Origin: a virus
IMG/VR virus record: IMGVR_UViG_3300043399_000509
Direction: 5' to 3' (one strand)
DNA length: 64,000 nt
In this document: positions 9,735-18,904 of the stretch, in pieces
Layout: each line of letters starts with the position of its first letter
Position numbering within the stretch: the stretch's first letter is position 1
Notes under the pieces: model-generated
The model's database searches: none
The model's input: only the letters and a program-made list of their open reading frames with translations
Told to the model about the DNA's origin: nothing
Program-made: the position numbers and the translations under genes

Positions 9735-9798
9735 GTCTTTGTTCCTCTCTCATCATCATGTAAGCATCATAGCAAATTTCATGGAACTTGTCAAGAGG

Positions 9799-10188
9799 CT
9801 AAAAACTTAATCCACTTGCATAACGAACCCTTCTATAATGTCTTCCATTACCTTTATTCTTGTTCTTATAAGTATCCGTCTGTGAATGGCAGTTTGGACA
9901 AATCAAACATACATTTTCTAGACTATTATCAGTATGATTACCATTTTTATGTTCAAGTTCTAACACAATAGGTTTCCCATTCCAACTATTAATGCCACAA
10001 ACAGAACATTCATTTTTTTGCTCCGTTAAATATCGTTTAACAGTTTTATGTGATGCTGTATTATTTGATACAGCATGTAACATTTCATATTCTTTCTGGC
10101 ACTTATTTGAACAATACTTTCCGGCTGTGTTGTATGATATTTTATATATATGGCAGTTTAAACATTCAAACTCTATCTTTTTAGGCAT
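9799..10188 (-). mobile_element. HNH homing endonuclease
   Basis: CSVCG...LELEHKNGNHTDN...N...CPNCHSQT; late promoter at 10216-10223. Confidence 0.88.
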
Positions 10189-10232
10189 TTAGGTCTCCGA
10201 AGTAACTGGTAGACCTATTTATATTTTTACCA

Positions 10233-10257
10233 TGCACTACCGCTGTGCTATTGTGGC
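10233..10257 (-). pseudogene. 5' fragment of a tRNA gene
   Basis: GCCACAA-TA-GCAC-AGCGGTA-GTGC-A (acceptor strand plus D-arm) 4 nt after the tRNA-Trp CCA; no anticodon or T arm follows. Confidence 0.65.
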
Positions 10258-10261
10258 AATC

Positions 10262-10335
10262 TGGCACCTGTGGTGGGAATTGAACCCACTCTTGCGGTTT
10301 TGGAGACCGCCGTGCTACCGTAACACTTCACAGAT
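10262..10335 (-). tRNA. tRNA-Trp(CCA)
   Basis: Loop CTCCAAA, T-loop TTCAATT, CCA end. Confidence 0.9.
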
Positions 10336-10339
10336 ATTT

Positions 10340-10427
10340 TGGTGGGAAATATAGGATTCGAACCTACTAAGCACAAAGGCAACAGATTTACAGTCTGCCG
10401 TGACTCTCCAACGTCAACCGCTTTCCC
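10340..10427 (-). tRNA. tRNA-Tyr(GUA)
   Basis: Loop CTGTAAA, long variable arm, CCA end. Confidence 0.9.
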
Positions 10428-10435
10428 ATAAAAGC

Positions 10436-10607
10436 GTTTTGAGAGACAGGTAGGAAGCCACTCCTACTTTACCGAACTTGCAAGATTCCACCAAATGAGA
10501 TGGTCGGTAAATGATCCACTACAACAATGGTAGTGGATCAATGTGCTTTTGAAGTGTCCCGTCTACGCAGTACACAGGCCGCTATGCACACTTCTGTCTC
10601 TCAAAAC
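10436..10607 (-). ncRNA. unclassified multi-stem structured RNA
   Basis: 14-bp closing stem GTTTTGAGAGACAG/CTGTCTCTCAAAAC enclosing at least three hairpins; lies between the promoter at 10625-10653 and the tRNA cluster. Confidence 0.65.
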
Positions 10608-10656
10608 TCTCTCACATTCAAATCATAGTACCAAACTCAATACCGCTTGTCAAGTG

Positions 10657-10977
10657 TTATCGCACATCGGTATTGAGTTTGGGCTTCAACTCACGAATAA
10701 GCTCACGTTCAACTTCGTGGGCGGCAGACTTGCCACGTACAACCTGAACAACTTCTACAACGAAAGCGTCAGGACCGTACTTGCGGATGGCATCACAAAG
10801 ACGCCATGAGCGATCTTCTGCAAGTGCTCGTTGCACATGCTTACGCCAGCGGCGAGCCAAGGATTTCTTGGGGCTGGCTTGTTCCACGAAAGTCACACCG
10901 ATATAAACAAGGTTTTTGACCTGGAGTTTATAGACAATGTGGTTTCGGTCAGTTCGCTTTTTCCGTTTCATCACCAT
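10657..10977 (-). CDS. GIY-YIG nuclease
   Basis: IVY...YIG, R...H, E.ELI...P.LN. Confidence 0.8.
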   Translation of the reverse strand: MVMKRKKRTDRNHIVYKLQVKNLVYIGVTFVEQASPKKSLARRWRKHVQRALAEDRSWRLCDAIRKYGPDAFVVEVVQVVRGKSAAHEVERELIRELKPKLNTDVR

Positions 10978-11151
10978 GAATACATATTAGCATACCCATA
11001 CCCGGAAGCAACTACTATTTGTGCATGGCTGGTATGCAATAATGCATGGCTTATATACAACAAAACTTGGCGTTTTCAATGGGACTGATATACAACTAAA
11101 CGGTGTTTATTGAACCGTGTATAGTTGTATATCATATGTTGTATATGAGTA

Positions 11152-11191
11152 CAACCTGGGGTTGTAACTATCATGAGCACAACCCCAGGTT
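11152..11191. terminator. strong hairpin, probable terminator
   Basis: AACCTGGGGTTGT...ACAACCCCAGGTT. Confidence 0.55.
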
Positions 11192-11209
11192 AAATGTATT
11201 AGCAACTAA

Positions 11210-11383
11210 TCATTTTCCAAAAAACTCGTCGTGCTCATCATAATCTGTTTGGTGTTCGCCCCAAACCTTTTTCCAGTTTTTGACTTGCCGCCGTCGTGGG
11301 CTGTCCTTCTTTTTGGCTGGACGGAAGTCCTCGTCATCATAATCATCATTGATGTCAAACTTACGAGTCTTGGAGTTTTTCAT
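11210..11383 (-). CDS. small hypothetical protein (57 aa)
   Basis: MKNSKTRKFDINDDYDDEDF...; GAGGT RBS. Confidence 0.55.
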   Translation of the reverse strand: MKNSKTRKFDINDDYDDEDFRPAKKKDSPRRRQVKNWKKVWGEHQTDYDEHDEFFGK

Positions 11384-11421
11384 GGCGTATTATTTTACTT
11401 ACCTCTTTCTATGTGGTTGCT

Positions 11422-11853
11422 TTATGGTAGTAGATCGGGGAAGGCTTCCTTGACAATCTTATATGTCAGTCCCTTCACTTTTTGGTTTTTGAGAAGCATG
11501 TTCATAAAGATTTCTGCTTCTCGCTTTTCCAGTGCTTCCAGGATTTGAATCAAAATCTGTTCCTTTCTATCATAGGAAAGATTTGGATCAACCCGTGGAT
11601 TGTTTTCTTCAAACAAGTATGCTCTGCTTAGTTCTTGAGCAATGGTTGTGTATCCCATACCAACAGGGGCATCAGAGACACCATAGTATGGCACCTTCTC
11701 AATAACAAACTTTACATTGGGGTCAAATGTACCTTTCAATACACTTCTTAGTGTATAAGTTCCATTTGATCGTAGGACATTGATCTTATCTTGTTTGGAT
11801 GGTGCCATTTCAAACATATCAAAGATTTCATACATCATTTTGGTTTTTGTCAT
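11422..11853 (-). CDS. conserved T4-like hypothetical protein
   Basis: KEQILIQILEAL...EA...VKEAFPDLL; next to rnh. Confidence 0.75.
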   Translation of the reverse strand: MTKTKMMYEIFDMFEMAPSKQDKINVLRSNGTYTLRSVLKGTFDPNVKFVIEKVPYYGVSDAPVGMGYTTIAQELSRAYLFEENNPRVDPNLSYDRKEQILIQILEALEKREAEIFMNMLLKNQKVKGLTYKIVKEAFPDLLP

Positions 11854-11865
11854 TTCTCTCTCACT

Positions 11866-12717
11866 TTAGAACTCATCAACAACTGATGCAAGTTCGCTCA
11901 ATCTGTTTTCAATAAGGTAGTTTAGCATTTTCATTTTTGTGCCTGTCTTGGCAACATCATATTCCTCTAAAATCTTGGTTGTCATTTCTGTTGGAATAAA
12001 GTCCAAATCAACCAATACCTGATTTCTCTTATAGTTCCTCAACATAACATCATTAGAACAAAAGTCGGCAGGGTCTTTTGTAATCCATTCTGCCAGTTTC
12101 TTGCTATTTATAGGTTTCTGTCTTTCTCCAATAACAAAAACATTGTCAGAAGATAGGAAGTTTGGCACTCCATCACCCCGATCACCACGAATAATATGTT
12201 CCTTGGTAAAGGCAACAGGATCATCTGTTGTGATAAATCGCCTTAGAATAGGGCTATATTGAGATACATTTGGGTATTTCTGCAACTGAACAAAATCATT
12301 GTCTGATGACAAGATCAGCATGTTCTCTTGCTGAGAATACTTCTTCACCAGAACAGCAATGATGTCGTCTGCTTCTGCACCCTCAACTTCCACAACACGG
12401 TATGGAAAATGTTCTTTCAACTCATCCCGTATCTTGTTTAGTGCCTCAAAGATTGCCACCCAATCAAAATCTGATTTATCACGATCTTTCTTTCGATGTG
12501 CCTTATAGAAAGGAAATACGTCCCGTCTCCAATACTTTTTACTATCACAGGCAATAACAATCGTTCCATACTTTGTTTTGAACTGCTGAATATATGAGCG
12601 GAGGGTATTTAGAACAATATGTCTAATCAGTCCTTCTTCAATCTTCATTTTTGGGTTGGAGTTGATCTGCTGCATCACACTCGCAATACCAGTTTGACTA
12701 AAATCCACAATAATCAT
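11866..12717 (-). CDS. rnh: T4-type RNase H (5'-3' exonuclease, FEN family)
   Basis: IIVDF, YWRRD.FPFYKAHR, EADDII, SSDNDFVQLQ, GDRGDGVPN. Confidence 0.93.
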   Translation of the reverse strand: MIIVDFSQTGIASVMQQINSNPKMKIEEGLIRHIVLNTLRSYIQQFKTKYGTIVIACDSKKYWRRDVFPFYKAHRKKDRDKSDFDWVAIFEALNKIRDELKEHFPYRVVEVEGAEADDIIAVLVKKYSQQENMLILSSDNDFVQLQKYPNVSQYSPILRRFITTDDPVAFTKEHIIRGDRGDGVPNFLSSDNVFVIGERQKPINSKKLAEWITKDPADFCSNDVMLRNYKRNQVLVDLDFIPTEMTTKILEEYDVAKTGTKMKMLNYLIENRLSELASVVDEF

Positions 12718-12731
12718 TTATGTAATCTTTC

Positions 12732-13100
12732 TCACTCGTCGTCTTCTGGGTTATCTGTATTTTTTACCTTGTCTGTGATTTCTTTGACTTCGGCCAGAGA
12801 TACATTTTCATCAATGAATTTATGAAAGTGATGTTCGACACCAACTGAACGATAGACCAGTGCAGATAGAATAGCACACATAAAGTAGAAGTCTTTGGTG
12901 AACTCGTCACTCTCGGTATCCACACCAAAGTTCTCTAACTCAAACAAAATAAGGTCAGACATTTCTGCTGTGATTGTGTCTGCAAAGTTTTGAATACTCT
13001 TTTCCTTCATCTTATTGACAGCATCAATATTCAGGGAAGTATCCCGTACAATCTTACTCTTTGGAAAGGCAACAACATTGGTTTCAGTATTGGATGTCAT
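12732..13100 (-). CDS. hypothetical protein
   Basis: NVVAFP N-terminal motif; in operon. Confidence 0.65.
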   Translation of the reverse strand: MTSNTETNVVAFPKSKIVRDTSLNIDAVNKMKEKSIQNFADTITAEMSDLILFELENFGVDTESDEFTKDFYFMCAILSALVYRSVGVEHHFHKFIDENVSLAEVKEITDKVKNTDNPEDDE

Positions 13101-13101
13101 T

Positions 13102-14307
13102 TTATTTCACCACTTTGATTAGAACTGTGTCTGTATTTATTCGACCAGAGGCTTGCTTTTCCACGGCCTTGATGTCTTCCATGATCTTACGTAGTGCCAG
13201 CTTACCACCAGAGAGCACCTTTGGCAATACATCTTTTGGCTTGCGTAGCGTTTTGGTTATGGAAGTCTTTTCATCAAAGCCAATAATAGTTGTTCCCTTC
13301 ACGATTAAACCTGTAGGGCCAATAGCATTGAACACGCTAAGGCGGCGAGTGCTAACATTGAATACCCAGGCTTGTTGTGATCCAATGATAGTAGCAGGGC
13401 TAATAGAAGTAAGGTTATAGGTATCATCTTTTTCCTTGTACTTCAACTTCTCTACCAAAGCAGTAGCAGGCTTTTCTTTCTTCTTACGAGGCTTACGAGA
13501 TACCTTTGTGACAGTTGAAAATGTCTCTGATGTTGAAATGATACCCTTGACAAACTCCACATACTTTTTTAGGGCAGACTTTTTCCAACCCTTGTATGCT
13601 TCCTTTAGATCATCATCCTTGCCTGTGTAGGCATCATACAACTCAGAGTAAAGTGGACGATAGTATTCTGCAACCTTTTTTGCGATTGCGGGCTTGATAT
13701 TCTTGGCTCGCATCCAAGCAGATGCATCAAAGTCGGGCACTCCTGAAAGAATGAACTTATCAAGCTCCTCCTCCAAGGCAGAGATTACATCTGTTGCCTT
13801 GGATTCAACCCGACTTTGAATAGAGATTACAGGTGCAATCTCAACATCTTCTTCCTGCTTTTGTTCAGGTGCAGCCACACACAAAGCATCAAGAGTAGAC
13901 CACATCTTGGTCTCAATCTGCTCTGGTAGTGTGCCACCACGAGTAAGATTGCGAAAACCCCAACCAGTGGTACGAAGCTTGTTAGCATCGACCTGTGGAA
14001 GTGCTTTCAAATATGCCTTGAACTTTTTGGTTGTGGCTGGGTCTGTACTGCTATCCTTTACTTTGGACTTGAGATATTCGATGACATATCTCTTGGCATC
14101 TTCGGAGTCGTTATTATAGTTATACCAGTTATAAAACCGAATGATGTCAAGATTAGAAGAGTTGGTACTAATCGTTGGTTCAGAGCCAAAATGCTTCTCA
14201 TTGATAAGCGAGTCCTTAGCCCGACTTAGATTTTTTGATCTCTTCATATTCTTTCTCAAAGTCCGAGAAACTATATTCCTTGAAGTCTGTGATAAGGTTT
14301 GTGCCAT
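13102..14307 (-). CDS. conserved T4-like hypothetical protein
   Basis: YNWYNY, KTLRKP and GRINTDTVL motifs. Confidence 0.75.
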   Translation of the reverse strand: MAQTLSQTSRNIVSRTLRKNMKRSKNLSRAKDSLINEKHFGSEPTISTNSSNLDIIRFYNWYNYNNDSEDAKRYVIEYLKSKVKDSSTDPATTKKFKAYLKALPQVDANKLRTTGWGFRNLTRGGTLPEQIETKMWSTLDALCVAAPEQKQEEDVEIAPVISIQSRVESKATDVISALEEELDKFILSGVPDFDASAWMRAKNIKPAIAKKVAEYYRPLYSELYDAYTGKDDDLKEAYKGWKKSALKKYVEFVKGIISTSETFSTVTKVSRKPRKKKEKPATALVEKLKYKEKDDTYNLTSISPATIIGSQQAWVFNVSTRRLSVFNAIGPTGLIVKGTTIIGFDEKTSITKTLRKPKDVLPKVLSGGKLALRKIMEDIKAVEKQASGRINTDTVLIKVVK

Positions 14308-14539
14308 ATTCTGTCCAGCCTATATCATCTTCCATATTGGATGCAGCATCCCATGCCTCATCCAGCGATTCATACACAACACTTGTAGCATAGACTTCCA
14401 CGATTGTCAATATGTTTGGTGTCCAGGTTTTATCTGCAACATTATATTCTTCAAAGATAGCAGTCACATTTTGCATATGTGCTATGCGAAATTGTGGACC
14501 CTTGGTTTGTAAAACATAAACACCATTATCTGCCGACAT
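14216..14539 (-). CDS. hypothetical protein
   Basis: MSADNGVYVL...TEYG; GAGG RBS. Confidence 0.65.
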   Translation of the reverse strand: MSADNGVYVLQTKGPQFRIAHMQNVTAIFEEYNVADKTWTPNILTIVEVYATSVVYESLDEAWDAASNMEDDIGWTEYGTNLITDFKEYSFSDFEKEYEEIKKSKSG

Positions 14540-14934
14540 ATTTCTTTTCCTCTTACTGTTTATTATCTGCTGCTTGCATATCTTTCAACCAAGACTTCCA
14601 CACATCTTTTCCCTTTGCCTTACCGAACTTATTTTGAAGGCGAATCTTTTGACGGTTTGAATCCAACTTTGTCATTTATCATTATCTCCTACTCTTGATT
14701 TTAGTGCCTTTAGAATAAAATCTTTCTTGTCTACTCCATCAGGTATTTCCAGGCAATCACCCAAAACAACATCAGTTGATGTTGCTACTTGTGTTAGTTC
14801 ATTATATAGTGTTGTGCCCTTTGCTCGGCACTCGTGAAAATTCTGGTATGCACTTGGATCAACATATACTTCACAAGTAAAGTTCAAGGTGCTACATAGA
14901 ATAAAACCTGCTGTAAAACTCATATTTCTAATCC

Positions 14935-15186
14935 CTATGAATAACTGATACTCCTGATTGAGTCCAGCCTAAATGATCGCCAATTATTATTATCTATATC
15001 CCATACAACAAGCACATCCTCATTTTCCTTTTTGGATGATTCTGTGATGTATTCTGGTAGATAATCTTCCAGTAGCGTGCATCGCATCTGTCTTAGGCTA
15101 CCATCAGATTTCTCAAACACAACAGTCATAATATGGCTTTGAAGATTGCTCTTTAGACTTTCTTGTTCTAACATAACTTCAGTCAT
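14935..15186 (-). CDS. SH3/Sm-like (WYL_2-type) small protein
   Basis: VFEKSDGSLRQMRCTL...VWDID...WRSFRLDS. Confidence 0.75.
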   Translation of the reverse strand: MTEVMLEQESLKSNLQSHIMTVVFEKSDGSLRQMRCTLLEDYLPEYITESSKKENEDVLVVWDIDNNNWRSFRLDSIRSISYS

Positions 15187-15189
15187 TTT

Positions 15190-15450
15190 TTATCGTCCCC
15201 TGTTATTTTCTAGGATAGCCTCAATAACATCTTTGTGTTGGTCTATTATATGGAAAGTGTAATCTTCCATTAGATACGCACAACATAATCCAATAATCAA
15301 AATATTTATGTCAGTGATTACTCCCAAGGCATAAAAAAGTGTGCCAATAACTCCAAGTATATACACGAAGTTTATTGTAAAGAATATTGTTGCCATTAGA
15401 TATATAATGGTTTTGCCATTTTCTTCAATGAACTTTTTCATTTTAGGCAA
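15190..15450 (-). CDS. membrane protein
   Basis: Two hydrophobic segments. Confidence 0.6.
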   Translation of the reverse strand: MPKMKKFIEENGKTIIYLMATIFFTINFVYILGVIGTLFYALGVITDINILIIGLCCAYLMEDYTFHIIDQHKDVIEAILENNRGR

Positions 15451-15688
15451 TCTCCAAATATACTCTTAGGTCTTCATATCCACCAATACGAATACCATCA
15501 AATCTAAAAATCTGTGGTACTGTTGGTTTGATATCTGGTCCTAATATAGCACAAAGGTCTTCCTTTGTAAAGTCCTCATTGAATATTTTTTCTACATATT
15601 GAATATGTAGGTTTTCAAGGATTGCCTTGGCTTTATCACACCAAGGGCAATCTGGTTTAGAGTATATTATCATTTTCATACTATTCAT
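15443..15688 (-). CDS. glutaredoxin
   Basis: CPWC, TVPQIF, IGGYEDL. Confidence 0.92.
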   Translation of the reverse strand: MNSMKMIIYSKPDCPWCDKAKAILENLHIQYVEKIFNEDFTKEDLCAILGPDIKPTVPQIFRFDGIRIGGYEDLRVYLEIA

Positions 15689-16025
15689 TCATTTGATCCC
15701 TAACTTCATCCCTAGCTTTATGGTAGACTTGATCCCTGACTTGATCCTCGACTTGAGACATGACTTGATCCAAGACTCGATCCCAGACTTGAATCCCAAC
15801 ACGATCCCAGGTTTGATTACAGAGTTGATCCCTGATTTGGTCCCATAATTGAAACCTGACTTGATCCCTGATTTGGTCCCATAATTGAAACCTGACTTGA
15901 TCCCAGACTTCACCTTCAACTTGGCTTTCAACTTGAAACCTGACTTGACCATCGGCTTCATTCCAGACTCGATCAAAGACTTGATCAAAAACTTTAGGTG
16001 CAACTTGATCTTTCATACTATTCAT
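15681..16025 (-). CDS. QV-repeat protein
   Basis: MNSMKDQV...; internal 36-nt tandem duplication 15825-15896. Confidence 0.8.
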   Translation of the reverse strand: MNSMKDQVAPKVFDQVFDRVWNEADGQVRFQVESQVEGEVWDQVRFQLWDQIRDQVRFQLWDQIRDQLCNQTWDRVGIQVWDRVLDQVMSQVEDQVRDQVYHKARDEVRDQMNE

Positions 16026-16218
16026 TTATTTGGTACCTGACTTGATTTCTGACACAATCATAGATTTGATCGTGGATTCGATTCCTAACTTGAATACTAA
16101 TTTCAGTATTGACTTGTTGATGGACCTGATCCCAGGCTTGATCACTAACTTTATCCCCAACTTGATCCCAGACTTGATTATAGACTTGAGTGTCTATTCG
16201 TTTTTTCATACTATTCAT
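16018..16218 (-). CDS. QV-repeat protein
   Basis: MNSMKK...QINE*. Confidence 0.8.
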   Translation of the reverse strand: MNSMKKRIDTQVYNQVWDQVGDKVSDQAWDQVHQQVNTEISIQVRNRIHDQIYDCVRNQVRYQINE

Positions 16219-16397
16219 TTAGTTTCATCCCGAACTTGATCTTGGACTGGAACTAAGGCTTGAGGACATATTTGATTTCTCACTTGAACAGTGAGTTCCC
16301 AACCTTGATCCAAGACTCGATCCCAGACTTGAATCCCAACACGATCCCAGGTTTGATTACAGAGTTGATCCCTGACTTTGTGTTTCACACTATTCAT
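16215..16397 (-). CDS. QV-repeat protein
   Basis: MNSVKH...DETK*. Confidence 0.8.
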   Translation of the reverse strand: MNSVKHKVRDQLCNQTWDRVGIQVWDRVLDQGWELTVQVRNQICPQALVPVQDQVRDETK

Positions 16398-16578
16398 TTA
16401 GTTGATCCTTCATTTGAGACCTAACTTGATCTCCAACTTGAACCCATACCTGATCATCAACTGGAGTCCAGATATATGTATCAACCTGAGACATTACACG
16501 AAGATAAACATGATCTCTGATTTGATCCTCAATCTCATTCCAGATGTCAGCATCAATTCGTCTATCCACACTATTCAT
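16390..16578 (-). CDS. QV-repeat protein
   Basis: MNSVDRR...QLNE*. Confidence 0.8.
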   Translation of the reverse strand: MNSVDRRIDADIWNEIEDQIRDHVYLRVMSQVDTYIWTPVDDQVWVQVGDQVRSQMKDQLNE

Positions 16579-16582
16579 TTTA

Positions 16583-17398
16583 TCAAACCTCAAAATAAGT
16601 ATCAGGGTTGAAGTGCGTTGCTATGCTTTCATACCCTTCATAACCACGAGCATTAGATACAAGTGTGGTTTCACCAATCTCAAACTTTGACTGAATGTGA
16701 GTATGACCAAACACCCAATACTTTACCTGTGGTCTATCCATAATGAACTCATCAAGGGCACTCGCATAACCAGCATCAAGGTGATTACCACCGTGATAAG
16801 GATTGATTCCTTTGTATGTGGGTGAATGATGTGTTACCACCACACAGTTCTTGTGCTTGTTTGCTTCCAGTTCTGTTGTTAGAAACTCCATTGTCTTTGT
16901 GTGCTTTTCATAGGCGTGCTTTGTAAAAAACCTATCCTTGCCGATTTCAATGTAATGAAAATCATTCATACCAGCACCAACAGCCCGATGTGCCAATGGA
17001 TCGTCTTTATTCATATCAGTCCATAGAGTGCCACCAAGCACAACTGTACTATCATCCAAATGATATGACGAATCATTCAGGTGAATTACACCCGGCAGAT
17101 ACTTCTCAATATACTCTGCTTCAAGGTTGATGTCAAACCCATATGACTCGTGGTTGCCAGTCACATAGAACACTCGCTTGAAGTTTTCACGGACGATATT
17201 GAAAAATGTTAGGGTGCGATCCCGTAGTTTTCTGTTCCGGGCATCAGTCATCCTTGGATTTAGTGCCCTCAACAAAGTGATGTCGCCAGCCAAAATGAGA
17301 TTGTCACCAGAGATTGCCATAAATCTTGGTGAAGCAAAAAATCTTGGTGAAGCAAACTCAATGTGTAGGTCAGACATATAATAGAACTTGTGTGTCAT
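16583..17398 (-). CDS. calcineurin-like metallophosphoesterase
   Basis: SDLH, AGD, GNHE, THH.P, GHTH; 18-nt tandem duplication (FASPRF x2) at 17321-17356. Confidence 0.9.
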   Translation of the reverse strand: MTHKFYYMSDLHIEFASPRFFASPRFMAISGDNLILAGDITLLRALNPRMTDARNRKLRDRTLTFFNIVRENFKRVFYVTGNHESYGFDINLEAEYIEKYLPGVIHLNDSSYHLDDSTVVLGGTLWTDMNKDDPLAHRAVGAGMNDFHYIEIGKDRFFTKHAYEKHTKTMEFLTTELEANKHKNCVVVTHHSPTYKGINPYHGGNHLDAGYASALDEFIMDRPQVKYWVFGHTHIQSKFEIGETTLVSNARGYEGYESIATHFNPDTYFEV

Positions 17399-17580
17399 TT
17401 TGTTTCATCCCAGACTTGAATATAGACTTGATCATGGACTTGATCGCTGACTTGATCCCAGACTCGACCCATGATTTGATCCCTGACTTGTTCATGGACT
17501 TGATCACTGACTTGATTCCAGACTTGTTCATGGACTTGACGCCGGACTTGATCACTGACTTGTTTTTTCACACTATTCAT
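17395..17580 (-). CDS. QV-repeat protein
   Basis: MNSVKKQVSDQV...DETK*. Confidence 0.8.
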   Translation of the reverse strand: MNSVKKQVSDQVRRQVHEQVWNQVSDQVHEQVRDQIMGRVWDQVSDQVHDQVYIQVWDETK

Positions 17581-17776
17581 TTAGTTGATCCCATACTTGA
17601 TTTCTAACTTGAGCCCAAACATGATCCCTGACTTGAACCTCGACTTGATCGCTGATTTGGTCCCAGATTTGATTTCTAATTTGTTCCCAGTCTTGAGACC
17701 AGACTTGATGATAAACACGAGAGGTTCTCAGTTCAGCCCAAGGTTGATCCCAGATATGTTGTTTCAAACTATTCAT
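17573..17776 (-). CDS. QV-repeat protein
   Basis: MNSLKQ...QLNE*. Confidence 0.8.
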   Translation of the reverse strand: MNSLKQHIWDQPWAELRTSRVYHQVWSQDWEQIRNQIWDQISDQVEVQVRDHVWAQVRNQVWDQLNE

Positions 17777-17945
17777 CTATTTGATCCCAACCTTGATCTC
17801 TAACTTGAAACCAAACCTGTTGATAAACTTGATTACTGGCTTGATTGCTGGTTTGAACCATAACTTGAATACAGACTTGAGATTTGATTTGTTCATAAAC
17901 GTGATCCCAAATCTTAGTTTTAGCTATCTGTCTCACACTATTCAT
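17769..17945 (-). CDS. QV-repeat protein (58 aa, not in ORF track)
   Basis: MNSVRQIAKTKIWDHV...QIDE*. Confidence 0.8.
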   Translation of the reverse strand: MNSVRQIAKTKIWDHVYEQIKSQVCIQVMVQTSNQASNQVYQQVWFQVRDQGWDQIDE

Positions 17946-18115
17946 TTCATTTCATCCCAGAGTTGATCATCCAATTGTTCCCAGAATAGAAACCTGACTT
18001 GAGCCCAAACATGATCCCTGACTTGATCAAGGGCTTGATCCCTGACTTGATTCCAGACTTGTTCATGGACTTGATCACTGACTTGAGACCAGACTTGTTT
18101 TTTCACACTATTCAT
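17942..18115 (-). CDS. QV-repeat protein
   Basis: MNSVKKQVWSQV...DEMK*. Confidence 0.8.
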   Translation of the reverse strand: MNSVKKQVWSQVSDQVHEQVWNQVRDQALDQVRDHVWAQVRFLFWEQLDDQLWDEMK

Positions 18116-18302
18116 CAATTTGATTCTCGACTTGAGTCCTGACTTGAGTCCTGACTTGAGCACAAACTTGTTTATCAACTTGGGTCCAGACTTGAAACCG
18201 GACTTGATCGTAGACTTGATTACTGACTTGATTATAGACTTGACTATCAACATTAGGCCAGACGTTACTTTTGACTTTGTATTTCACACTATTCATCATC
18301 AT
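18108..18302 (-). CDS. QV-repeat protein, first of sub-array
   Basis: GGAGAT RBS; MMMNSVKY...QIDE*. Confidence 0.8.
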   Translation of the reverse strand: MMMNSVKYKVKSNVWPNVDSQVYNQVSNQVYDQVRFQVWTQVDKQVCAQVRTQVRTQVENQIDE

Positions 18303-18351
18303 ATCTCCATAATGAAGAAGGGGTCCAGTTAGACCAGACCCCCTTTATGGT

Positions 18352-18690
18352 TTAGTCCTGCACTCGACGGAACCCCTCCGGGGTATACTCACGCTGACGC
18401 CGAACATGATAAGTTCCCTTATCAAACATAATAGGCTCGTGGGTATCGTAACTACGAAGGTGCTCAAGTGCCGTGGGATCATTCACAACGAGGAAGCAAT
18501 CCATAATGGAATCAGGCAGTGAATACATCTTCACCTTCTCTGCTTCCATAACATGGTTGTGACCCGTTTCTGAGTGAGTAACAATCAACTTACCATTTTC
18601 GGGCTTTACTTCCACAACATTTGCAGGAAGTGAGTCAACACGACGAATATACACATCGCCCTGAGCACAAGTATTTTTGAATGTTCGCAT
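18352..18690 (-). CDS. small beta-rich protein, putative partner of the DUF6745-like protein
   Basis: AQGDVYI, HSETGHNH, H..I....G.Y.VRRQREY.PEG.RRV.D motifs. Confidence 0.8.
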   Translation of the reverse strand: MRTFKNTCAQGDVYIRRVDSLPANVVEVKPENGKLIVTHSETGHNHVMEAEKVKMYSLPDSIMDCFLVVNDPTALEHLRSYDTHEPIMFDKGTYHVRRQREYTPEGFRRVQD

Positions 18691-18723
18691 TGTATAGTCT
18701 CCTTTGGTTTTCCATTATGTCTT

Positions 18724-18752
18724 ATAGTAGCATACTATTTAGTGGAAGTCAA
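18724..18752 (-). promoter_or_regulatory. sigma70-type promoter of the partner gene
   Basis: TTGACT-N17-TACTAT. Confidence 0.75.
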
Positions 18753-18904
18753 GTATAAAGTTTCATATAGTTCATTCAAACTTTGAACCCTAACATTATA
18801 AACAAGTTGTGCTGTATCTTCTAACATCCAATGATCAAATTTTGCTTCAATATCAACATGTTCATCAAATTCTGAATGAAATTTTGGAGTAAGATATACC
18901 TTAT

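Noticed and set aside
17321-17356. 18-nt tandem duplication in the metallophosphoesterase
   Set aside because: It is an in-frame slippage event in a loop after the DLH motif; no functional inference is supportable.
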